Origin: an uncultured Bacteroidota bacterium
GTDB lineage: Bacteria > Bacteroidota > Bacteroidia > Flavobacteriales > Flavobacteriaceae
Assembly (NCBI GenBank): GCA_902515405.1
Contig: CABXUS010000001.1
Location: 26,639-90,638, forward strand
Length of the DNA stretch: 64,000 bases
Direction of reading: 5' to 3'
Positions 50,166 to 58,282 of this stretch are shown here, piece after piece. A program made the position numbers and the translations under genes. The notes beneath the pieces were generated by a model. It was not told where the DNA came from and made no database searches. It saw only the letters and a list, made by a program, of their open reading frames with translations. The stretch's first letter is position 1. Each line of letters starts with the position of its first letter.

Positions 50166-52421
50166 TTGAAAAATTTAACTCTATTTACTATACTATTAGT
50201 ATTTCCATTTTTCCTAAATGCTCAAGCCATCAACAACCAGTGTAATTGGTCTGGTGGTGGTGCTGATACTAATTGGACAACCATAGCTAACTGGACAGGA
50301 AACAACTGTGTAGATGGATATCCATCTGGTGCTGCAGCTACTGCTTTAATACAATCAGCAAATACTACAATAACTTTAGATGCTGACATTGAACTTAAGC
50401 AAATTAAAATAGGCGGAACTGCCACTGAAGATAACGTATACACTATCACAACAACTGCTGGTCAAAATTATACTTTATTAATTTCCGGTTCAGGTGTATC
50501 ACAACCTGTTCAAATCAATAAAAAGGGAAATGAATTTGTGTTCAATTGTAATGTAACCCATGATAACACAGCTGGAGGAACCAAAACAATTAATTTAAAT
50601 GCAGGAGTATCAACCTCTGGAAAATATATTAAAATCACTCATGGTGAAGGTTACACTCTTACAATAGACGATCACACAGTCTTCCAATCTAATTCCATAG
50701 GTCATGAAGTTCACTTAAATGGAATTATTACTAATGCTACTGATTTAACCAGAGATTTAAAGTTTACAAATAAAAACAATGTAACTTTTGGACCAAATGT
50801 AGACATGACCGGTTTTACAGGGGATTTAATGTTTTCAGGAGCGATTGCCTCTGCTAATGGTGCAATTGTAAATGGTGCCGTGCAATGTAGATCTCTAGAA
50901 CTTTCCGATGCTGCTTTCATGACAATAAACACATCCGGATCTGTGACAGCTACGGGAAGCACAGTTAAAACTTTAGGTACTGGTAAAATAACTGTAAAAA
51001 CTAGTAATTCAGCCTCCGGATCATTTATTGCCAAACTCGCAACCAATGATTATGATGTTGACTCTGACGGAGATGGGACCGCCGATACTACGGGTGATGT
51101 TAATGTACAATTTGTAAAAGAATTAGATGCTGGTGGAGAATGGACTCTGATTGGAGTACCAGTAGCCGGTGAAACGGTAGCTGATGTTGATGACGACTTA
51201 TTAACTCAAGGTGGTAATAGTGCGCTTGCAACTTATAATAATTTACAAGGTGTTTACTCACATTTTGCTACAGGTGCTACTGCCGAATTAGTTCCTGGAA
51301 CAGGCTACGCAATAGCACCCACTGGAGCAAATGGTACAAAAACTGAAGTTACATTTTCAGGTACCATGACAACTGCAGGAACGGTCACAGTTGCAGTTAA
51401 TCGTGACGCAAGCGTTGCTGATGAAAAGGGATGGTGGAATTTATTAGGCAATCCATATACTTCGTATTTAATGATGACTGACAACACCGCATCTGCTGCT
51501 GATAGTTTCTTAGAAAAAAATAAAGGAAACATTAACGATAGCTATGAAGCCGTATATGCTTGGGATGGAGCAGCTTGGGATATTTATAACAAAACAACTA
51601 ATACCATCAATCACATAGCTCCGGGTGAAGGCTTCTTTGTATATTTCAGGAATACGGATGATGCAGCTACAATAAACTTTAAAGAAGATATGCAAACAGT
51701 TAACAAAGGAGCTAACTTTAACGCTGGTTTAGCTGGTGGTAATTCAAACTCAAAAGTTGCAAGATTTGAAGTAAAATTGGACGATTTAGAAAATAATCAG
51801 TCTGACAATATCAATCTTTATTTTAGTGATAAGACAACAAAAGGATTAGATCCAGGCTATGATGCTGGTAAATTTTTTATGGGAAGTGAATCAAAACTAT
51901 TTACTAGGTTGTTAAAAGATGACGAGGGAATTGATTTTCAAATTCAAGCTCTTCCGATTGATGAGTTAAACAACCTTGTTATTCCTTTAGGTATTACAAC
52001 AAATTCATCAAAATTAACATTATCCGTGGCTGATAGTTCCATCGATAATTTTATAAATATATTTTTAGAAGATAAATTAAATAATACTATTGTTGAATTT
52101 GATAAACCTATTGATTTAGAATTTTCAAATGATGAAAGTCATGTTGGAAGATTTTTTCTTCACTTTACGGATGAACTGATTCCTGAATTACCTACTGATA
52201 GCGATTTAAGAATCTATAAAGTATCTGAAAATGAAATTAAGATAATGGGTGATCCAACAAGAAACTACAGCGCTGAGATTTATGATTTTAGCGGAAGATT
52301 AATTAACCAAGTTAATTTTAATCATAAAATTAATGTATCTGATTTGAAAAAGGGAATAAAAATCCTTAAAATTAAGTCAGACGATGATGTTAATGTTATA
52401 AAGAAATTTAAATTAAATTAA
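50166..52421 (+). CDS. T9SS-secreted surface protein (type A C-terminal sorting domain), TTG start
   Basis: 751 aa. Signal peptide MKNLTLFTILLVFPFFLNAQA begins at the TTG. Gly/Thr/Ala/Asn-rich beta-solenoid-like body, a DSDGDGTADTTGD calcium-site-like loop, and a C-terminal ~80 aa Por_Secre_tail-like domain (..RIYKVSENEIKIMG...AEIYDFSGRLINQV......LKKGIKILKIKSDD..VIKKFKLN). Confidence 0.75.
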   Translation: MKNLTLFTILLVFPFFLNAQAINNQCNWSGGGADTNWTTIANWTGNNCVDGYPSGAAATALIQSANTTITLDADIELKQIKIGGTATEDNVYTITTTAGQNYTLLISGSGVSQPVQINKKGNEFVFNCNVTHDNTAGGTKTINLNAGVSTSGKYIKITHGEGYTLTIDDHTVFQSNSIGHEVHLNGIITNATDLTRDLKFTNKNNVTFGPNVDMTGFTGDLMFSGAIASANGAIVNGAVQCRSLELSDAAFMTINTSGSVTATGSTVKTLGTGKITVKTSNSASGSFIAKLATNDYDVDSDGDGTADTTGDVNVQFVKELDAGGEWTLIGVPVAGETVADVDDDLLTQGGNSALATYNNLQGVYSHFATGATAELVPGTGYAIAPTGANGTKTEVTFSGTMTTAGTVTVAVNRDASVADEKGWWNLLGNPYTSYLMMTDNTASAADSFLEKNKGNINDSYEAVYAWDGAAWDIYNKTTNTINHIAPGEGFFVYFRNTDDAATINFKEDMQTVNKGANFNAGLAGGNSNSKVARFEVKLDDLENNQSDNINLYFSDKTTKGLDPGYDAGKFFMGSESKLFTRLLKDDEGIDFQIQALPIDELNNLVIPLGITTNSSKLTLSVADSSIDNFINIFLEDKLNNTIVEFDKPIDLEFSNDESHVGRFFLHFTDELIPELPTDSDLRIYKVSENEIKIMGDPTRNYSAEIYDFSGRLINQVNFNHKINVSDLKKGIKILKIKSDDDVNVIKKFKLN

Positions 52422-52426
52422 ATATT

Positions 52427-52582
52427 TTGAAAAAGAATAATACACAAAAAAATATATCTAGAAAACAAGCTCTCAAGAAACTTGGTAAATACGCTGGTTT
52501 AACCGCTATAGGAACATTGATTTTATTAAATCCACAAAAAAGCGCTGCCCAAAGTAATACCCCGCCTAACCCAGGGTGGTAA
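52427..52582 (+). CDS. unannotated 51-codon ORF with a Tat-like signal peptide and very short mature tail
   Basis: TTG in the same ATTTTGAAAAA context as the start of the preceding gene. Translation (M)KKNNTQKNISRKQALKKLGKYAGLTAIGTLILLNPQKSAAQSNTPPNPGW. Locally GC-enriched, followed by a strong terminator. Below the ORF-track length cut-off. Confidence 0.4.
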   Translation: MKKNNTQKNISRKQALKKLGKYAGLTAIGTLILLNPQKSAAQSNTPPNPGW

Positions 52583-52600
52583 TTAATTTTTGATATATAT

Positions 52601-52633
52601 AAGAGATCGCAAAAGCGATCTCTTGTTTTTTTT
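52601..52633 (+). terminator. rho-independent terminator
   Basis: Perfect 10-bp stem AAGAGATCGC-AAAA-GCGATCTCTT followed by GTTTTTTTTT. Confidence 0.8.
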
Positions 52634-52715
52634 ATAATATCAATTTTTAAGTTAACTTTATCAAATTCATTCATCAATAAGAATTCTCATTGTTTGCTAT
52701 TGATATTAAGAACTA

Positions 52716-53852
52716 ATGATTAGAAGAAATTTAATTATATTATTATTCACTCTCCCTATCTTCAATCTTATTTCGCAGGATAGACGTGTTATTACTACAG
52801 CGGTTCCATTTTTGATGATTTCATCAGATGCTAGGGCATCAGGTATTGGAGAACAGGGTGTTGCAACCTCTGTTGATAATTTTTCACAGCATTGGAACCC
52901 ATCAAAATATGTTTTTTCTGAAAATTCATCTGGTATTGCATTTAGTTATACACCATATTTAAGTAAACTTGTTAACGATATTTTCTTAGCAAATGTTTCT
53001 TATTATAATAAAATAAATGAAAGATCATCATGGAGTGCCAGTCTAAAATACTTTAGTCTCGGAGATATAGATATTTTACAAAACCCTTTGGATATTCCTA
53101 TAATAGAGAACCCTAATGAATTTACATTGGACGCTTCTTATTCATTAAAACTATCGGAGAGTTTTGCAATGGGAGTGTCAGGGCGTTTTTTGATGTCTGA
53201 CGTAAAATTACAAACATTAGATTCTGAGACAGAAGCTGCAACGTCAGTCGCTGTTGATATCTCTGGTTACTATCAATCAGATGTAAAATCTTACAATAAC
53301 TTTGATGGTATTTTAAGAGCAGGGTTTAATATCTCTAATATTGGTCCAAAAATGAAATATTCTAAAGTTAGTGGTGGGTCAGAAAGTTATATTCCAACAA
53401 ACCTAAGATTAGGATCGGGTTTTGAATTTTTATTTGATAGCAACAATAGTTTGGCACTAACCTTAGAGATTAATAAGTTACTTGTACCATCGCCAAGCGA
53501 GGAGGTTTTAAACTCCAATGGTGAGGTTGTAGCTTATCGTCAACCCGATTTAGGTTTTTTGGAGGGAATTTTTAAATCTTTTGGTGATGCTCCTGATGGA
53601 ATAGCTGAAGAAATTAAAGAACTTACATATGCCCTTGGACTTGAGTATTCTTTTAATGATTCATTCTTCATAAGATCAGGTTATTTTAGTGAACATGAAT
53701 TAAAAGGATCAAGAAAATTTGTAACCATTGGAACAGGATTTATAACAAGCAAAGATCTTAGTATTGATTTATCATATTTAATTTCAACATCTGATATTAT
53801 AAGTCCATTAGAAAATACAATAAGACTCTCACTCGGATTTAATTTTAATTAG
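52716..53852 (+). CDS. porV: T9SS outer-membrane shuttle/channel protein PorV (LptO)
   Basis: 378 aa. N-terminal ITTAVPFLMISSDARASGIGEQGVATSVDNFSQHWNPSKY is the PorV hallmark. FadL-like beta-barrel pattern, ends ..LSLGFNFN. Confidence 0.8.
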   Translation: MIRRNLIILLFTLPIFNLISQDRRVITTAVPFLMISSDARASGIGEQGVATSVDNFSQHWNPSKYVFSENSSGIAFSYTPYLSKLVNDIFLANVSYYNKINERSSWSASLKYFSLGDIDILQNPLDIPIIENPNEFTLDASYSLKLSESFAMGVSGRFLMSDVKLQTLDSETEAATSVAVDISGYYQSDVKSYNNFDGILRAGFNISNIGPKMKYSKVSGGSESYIPTNLRLGSGFEFLFDSNNSLALTLEINKLLVPSPSEEVLNSNGEVVAYRQPDLGFLEGIFKSFGDAPDGIAEEIKELTYALGLEYSFNDSFFIRSGYFSEHELKGSRKFVTIGTGFITSKDLSIDLSYLISTSDIISPLENTIRLSLGFNFN

Positions 53853-53896
53853 CTCTCTATAAATTTTTTGAGTACTACTAACTGAAAAATTTCAAT

Positions 53897-53904
53897 TATC
53901 TTTG
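53897..53904 (+). promoter_or_regulatory. TAnnTTTG -7 box upstream of pdhA
   Basis: TATCTTTG lies 10 nt upstream of ATG 53915. Confidence 0.35.
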
Positions 53905-53914
53905 CATTTGAATT

Positions 53915-54916
53915 ATGAAGCCTATAACTAAAGAAACTTATTTGAATTGGTATGAAAAAATGCTTTTTTGGAGAAAGTTTGAAGATAAGTTAGCTGCAGT
54001 ATACATTCAACAAAAAGTCAGAGGATTTTTACACTTATATAATGGACAAGAAGCTGTTCTTGCTGGTGCTCTTCATGTAATGAATTTAGAAAAAGATAGG
54101 ATGATTACTGCCTACAGAAATCATGTTATGCCAATTGGAATGGGTGTTGATCCAAAAAGAGTAATGGCTGAATTATATGGAAAATCTACTGGAACCTCAA
54201 TGGGACTTGGAGGTTCAATGCATATTTTTTCAAAAGAATATCGTTTTCATGGAGGTCATGGAATTGTTGGTGGACAAATTCCACTTGGAGCAGGCATGGC
54301 ATTCGGAGATAAATATTACAATAGAGGAGCAGTAACACTATGTTTTATGGGTGACGGAGCAGTTAGACAAGGATCATTTCATGAAACTCTAAATTTAGCT
54401 ATGTTGTGGAGTTTACCTGTTGTTTTTGTTGTTGAAAACAACGGATATGCTATGGGTACATCAGTAAAGAGAACTTCAAATCATACTGACATATGGAAAT
54501 TAGGATTGGGATATGAAATGCCTTGTGGACCTGTAGACGGTATGAACCCGGTTAAAGTTGCTGAAGCTCTTGATGAAGCTATTAATAGAGCTAGATCTGA
54601 TAAAGGTCCAACTTTGTTAGAAATGAAAACTTATAGATACAGAGGACACTCAATGTCTGATGCTCAAAAGTATAGGACAAAAGAGGAAGTTCAAGAATAT
54701 AGAAAAATTGATCCTATTACTCAAGTTAAAGAAATTATTATTCAAAATAACTACGCATCTGCTAATGAACTTTTAGATATTGATACTATTGTAAAACAAA
54801 AAGTCAATGATTGTGAAAAATTTGCTGACGAATCTCCTTACCCAGAAAAAAATATTATGTATGATTCTGTTTACGAACAGCAAGATTATCCTTTTTTAAA
54901 ACATAAACCTGAATAG
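53915..54916 (+). CDS. pdhA: pyruvate dehydrogenase E1 component alpha subunit
   Basis: 333 aa. ThDP motif GDGAVRQGSFHETLNLAMLWSLPVVFVVENNGYAMGT, and YRYRGHSMSD. Confidence 0.9.
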   Translation: MKPITKETYLNWYEKMLFWRKFEDKLAAVYIQQKVRGFLHLYNGQEAVLAGALHVMNLEKDRMITAYRNHVMPIGMGVDPKRVMAELYGKSTGTSMGLGGSMHIFSKEYRFHGGHGIVGGQIPLGAGMAFGDKYYNRGAVTLCFMGDGAVRQGSFHETLNLAMLWSLPVVFVVENNGYAMGTSVKRTSNHTDIWKLGLGYEMPCGPVDGMNPVKVAEALDEAINRARSDKGPTLLEMKTYRYRGHSMSDAQKYRTKEEVQEYRKIDPITQVKEIIIQNNYASANELLDIDTIVKQKVNDCEKFADESPYPEKNIMYDSVYEQQDYPFLKHKPE

Positions 54917-56611
54917 ATGGCAGAAATAATTAAAATGCCAAGATTGAGCGATACCATGGAAGAGGGTGTCGTTGCGCAATGGTTAAAAAAAGTTGGGGAT
55001 AAGGTAGCTGAGGGTGATATTTTAGCTGAGATTGAAACTGATAAAGCTACGATGGAGTTTGAATCATTTTATGAGGGAACTCTTTTGCATATTGCTATTG
55101 AAGAGGGAGTTGCCGCTAATGTAGATTCATTACTTTGTATAATTGGAGAAGAAAATGAAGATATTTCATCACTAATTTTATCAACTGAGCAGTCTAATGA
55201 TAATTCACAATTAGATTTAGTTGATCAAATCAACGAACAAGAAAAATTAGAAGAAGTTGAATTAAAAATTACAAATTCAGAAGAAATTTCTGTATCGCCC
55301 GAACAAAATTCATTACAAAGTCCAACTAATGTTGAATATATTAAGATGCCAAGATTGAGTGATACAATGGAAGAAGGAACAATATCATCTTGGTTAAAAA
55401 AAGTTGGAGATGATGTTTCAGAAGGTGATATTTTAGCTGAGATTGAAACTGATAAAGCTACTATGGAATTTGAATCATTTTATAATGGAAAGCTAGTTCA
55501 CATAGGGGTTCAGGCAGGTGAAACAGTTAATGTTGATGATTTAATCGCAATTATTTCTGATGGTGATGTAGATGTTGAAAAATTAATAAAGAGTTATGGA
55601 GAAGGTGCTGAAACTGAAATTAATAAAGATTCTGCTACTGAAAATATTGAGTCCGTTATGGAAGACACTCAATACTCTGAACAAGTTGAGTCAGTTCCTA
55701 TTCATTCAGACAAAAGAATAATTGCATCTCCACTTGCAAAGAAAATTGCCTCTGAAAGAAATATTGATTTATCAACTATTCAAGGATCTGGGGATAATGG
55801 TAGGATAATCAAAAGTGATCTGGATAATGTTGATAGTTCTAAATCAAATTTAGATGAAAACAAACCCATTGAAATTATTGAAGATCAGAAATCAATACCA
55901 CCACCAATTATAAATACTGTTGTTGTTGAAGAGTCATTTGATGATATTCAAAACTCTTCCATGAGAAATGCGATTGCAAAAAGACTAAGCCAATCTAAAT
56001 TTACAGCTCCTCATTATTACTTAGGAGTTGAGTTTAATATGGACAATGCCATAGCATTTAGAAAGCAGTATAATTCAATTCCTGATACAAAAATATCATT
56101 TAATGATATTATTATAAAAGCTTGTGCTGCTGCTCTGAAAAAACATCCACAAGTAAATTCACAATGGATGGAAAAATCAACGAGAATTAATCATCACATT
56201 CATATTGGAGTAGCTGTAGGGGTTGAGGATGGTCTTGTCGTACCAGTTATAAAGTTTGCTGATAATGAGTCACTCCACTCAATTAATAGTTTAGTTAGAG
56301 ATTATGCTATTAGAGCAAAATCAAAAAAATTAAGACCAGATGAGATTGAAGGAAGTACATTTACAATTTCTAATTTAGGAATGTTTGGAATCCAAGAATT
56401 CACATCTATCATTAATCAACCAAATTCTGCAATCCTATCTGTTGGTACTATTGTCAAGAAGCCAGTTGTTATCGATAACAAAATTGTTGTAAGCAATACT
56501 ATGAAACTTACTTTGGCTTGTGATCACAGAACTGTTGACGGAGTTACAGGATCTTTATTTCTTGAGACTTTAAAAGGATATATTGAAAATCCTGTAACAA
56601 TATTAGTTTAA
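54917..56611 (+). CDS. dihydrolipoamide acetyltransferase (E2) with two lipoyl domains
   Basis: 564 aa. Two copies of MPRLSDTMEEG...EIETDKATMEFES, an E3-binding segment (IIASPLAKKIA..IDLS...GSGDNGRI) and catalytic DHRTVDG. Confidence 0.9.
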   Translation: MAEIIKMPRLSDTMEEGVVAQWLKKVGDKVAEGDILAEIETDKATMEFESFYEGTLLHIAIEEGVAANVDSLLCIIGEENEDISSLILSTEQSNDNSQLDLVDQINEQEKLEEVELKITNSEEISVSPEQNSLQSPTNVEYIKMPRLSDTMEEGTISSWLKKVGDDVSEGDILAEIETDKATMEFESFYNGKLVHIGVQAGETVNVDDLIAIISDGDVDVEKLIKSYGEGAETEINKDSATENIESVMEDTQYSEQVESVPIHSDKRIIASPLAKKIASERNIDLSTIQGSGDNGRIIKSDLDNVDSSKSNLDENKPIEIIEDQKSIPPPIINTVVVEESFDDIQNSSMRNAIAKRLSQSKFTAPHYYLGVEFNMDNAIAFRKQYNSIPDTKISFNDIIIKACAAALKKHPQVNSQWMEKSTRINHHIHIGVAVGVEDGLVVPVIKFADNESLHSINSLVRDYAIRAKSKKLRPDEIEGSTFTISNLGMFGIQEFTSIINQPNSAILSVGTIVKKPVVIDNKIVVSNTMKLTLACDHRTVDGVTGSLFLETLKGYIENPVTILV

Positions 56612-57291
56612 TGAAAAATATATTGATAACTGGAACGAGTTCAGGTATTGGGCTAGAATTGTTAAAAATTTATTCCAAAAATGGTTTTAAAATTATTTCT
56701 TTATCAAGGTCAAATTTACCTGAATCTGAATCTAAGCTTATTGGAGTTAAACACATTAATTTTGATATTTCTAAAAATGAAAATATTGAAACATTAATTG
56801 ATTTAATTAAAAATGAATATAAATCAATTGATATTGTTATAAATAATGCTGGTAAATTAATAAGTAAACCTTTTGAAGAATTAACTAAAGATGATTTTTA
56901 CTCAGTTTTTGATATTAATGTTTTTAGTGTTGCACATTTGATTCAAAAACTTCTTCCTTTTTTTAATATTGACTCTCACGTAGTTAATATTAGTAGTATT
57001 GGAGGAGTAATTGGAAGTTCTAAATTTCCAGGTCTTGCCGCATACTCTGCAAGTAAGGGAGCATTAAATATTTTAACAGAAGTTTTAGCTGAAGAATATA
57101 AAGAATCAGGACCAAAATTTAATTCACTATCATTGGGATCCGTTAATACTCCAATGTTAAAAAAAGCTTTCCCTGGTTATGAAGCACAAGTTAATCCTAA
57201 CGAAATGGCTTCTTACATATATAATTTTGCAAATACTGGATTCAAACTTTTTAATGGCAAAGTAATTCCAGTATCTTCATCAACACCATGA
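56611..57291 (+). CDS. short-chain dehydrogenase/reductase (SDR)
   Basis: 226 aa. TGTSSGIG, NNAG, and catalytic YSASK. Confidence 0.8.
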   Translation: MKNILITGTSSGIGLELLKIYSKNGFKIISLSRSNLPESESKLIGVKHINFDISKNENIETLIDLIKNEYKSIDIVINNAGKLISKPFEELTKDDFYSVFDINVFSVAHLIQKLLPFFNIDSHVVNISSIGGVIGSSKFPGLAAYSASKGALNILTEVLAEEYKESGPKFNSLSLGSVNTPMLKKAFPGYEAQVNPNEMASYIYNFANTGFKLFNGKVIPVSSSTP

Positions 57292-57875
57292 TTGATATTT
57301 TATCCTCAATTCCAAAAAATTCAATTCATTATGTCAAAAGTTTGATTGAAATTGAAGATTTAAAAATTAAAGTTGTAAATAAAAGAAAAACAAAACATGG
57401 AGATTTTAGAAAGGGTAAAAACAATTCTATAGTTACTATAAATAAGACTGATAATAAGTATCTTTTTTTATTGGTTCTAATTCACGAGTTTGCACATTAC
57501 AATGTTTTTAAAAAAAACATTAAAACAGCCCCACATGGACTTGGATGGAAGGTTGAATATAAAAAATTGCTTAATCCAGTTTTAAACAGTAAAGTTTTTC
57601 CAAATAAGCTACTTGAACTTTTGAACATTCATATGATAAACCCAAGATCTTCATTCTCATATGATAGCCCGCTTGTAAAAGAGCTAAATAAATATGATAG
57701 TAGTAATAAAAATTTTATTTATTTAGATAAAATTGAAGATGGCACAAAATTTAAATATGGTAACGGTAAAGTTTATAAAAAAATTAAAAAAAGAAGAAAA
57801 AGGTATCTTTGTATTGAAACTATGAGTAAAAGAAATTATTTATTTCTTCCTCACGCAAAAGTTGAGCTATTATGA
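57288..57875 (+). CDS. SprT-like zinc-metalloprotease-fold protein (E. coli SprT sense, not the gliding SprT)
   Basis: 195 aa. HExxH motif in LIHEFAHY, followed by HGLGWK. Confidence 0.5.
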   Translation: MIDILSSIPKNSIHYVKSLIEIEDLKIKVVNKRKTKHGDFRKGKNNSIVTINKTDNKYLFLLVLIHEFAHYNVFKKNIKTAPHGLGWKVEYKKLLNPVLNSKVFPNKLLELLNIHMINPRSSFSYDSPLVKELNKYDSSNKNFIYLDKIEDGTKFKYGNGKVYKKIKKRRKRYLCIETMSKRNYLFLPHAKVELL

Positions 57876-58279
57876 AAAAAGTTGCAATTAGCGGTTATTT
57901 TGACCCAATTCATGTTGGACATATTGAATATATTAAAACTGCAAAAAAGCTTGGAGACAGGTTGGTAGTTATAGTTAATAACAACCATCAATGTAATTTG
58001 AAAAAAGGAAAATATTTTATGGATGAAAAAGATAGAGTAGTTATCCTTGAAAATATTAAAGATATTGATGAAGTTTTCTTATCTGTAGATAAAGATAAAA
58101 CTGTATGTAAATCTTTAGAGCTTTTGAAACCTGATATTTTTGCAAATGGTGGAGATAGAAAAAATTATGAAATACCAGAATCATCAATTTGTTCAAAATA
58201 TAATATTGAAATAATCGATGGGCTTGGAGATAAAATAAGAAGCTCCTCAGACTTAACAGGATTAAAAGAAATTAAATAA
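57872..58279 (+). CDS. cytidylyl/adenylyltransferase-family protein (RfaE domain II / TagD-like)
   Basis: 135 aa. Nucleotidyltransferase HxGH motif in GYFDPIHVGHIEY. Confidence 0.75.
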   Translation: MKKVAISGYFDPIHVGHIEYIKTAKKLGDRLVVIVNNNHQCNLKKGKYFMDEKDRVVILENIKDIDEVFLSVDKDKTVCKSLELLKPDIFANGGDRKNYEIPESSICSKYNIEIIDGLGDKIRSSSDLTGLKEIK

Positions 58280-58282
58280 ATA

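Noticed and set aside
50077-50169. 30-codon upstream ORF (MLSKENPLFICIFCNSYLFSKLITFNNKLF) whose TGA overlaps the TTG start of the cargo gene
   Set aside because: It is short and has intergenic-type AT composition, and an open frame of this length is not improbable by chance. The CxxC alone is not evidence. It would only be worth revisiting if conserved.
50222-51695. Four antisense ORFs (75, 111, 75 and 61 aa) inside the T9SS cargo gene
   Set aside because: They are by-products of the Gly/Ala/Thr-rich, stop-poor complement of a long sense gene. The sense frame has a signal peptide and a T9SS sorting domain.
50166-52421. Whether the 751-aa protein could itself be PorU
   Set aside because: It is several hundred aa too short, has no C25-type His/Cys catalytic dyad context (its only Cys residues lie in the N-terminal third, inside NW-repeat or beta-strand-like sequence), and has the look of a repetitive beta-helical cargo.
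52408-52677. 89-aa minus-strand ORF overlapping the mini-ORF and the terminator
   Set aside because: It reads straight through the 52601-52633 hairpin, ends inside the 3' end of the cargo gene, and has no terminator or plausible promoter. Its hydrophobic stretch is just the complement of the plus-strand signal peptide. The terminator U-tract is oriented for plus-strand transcription.
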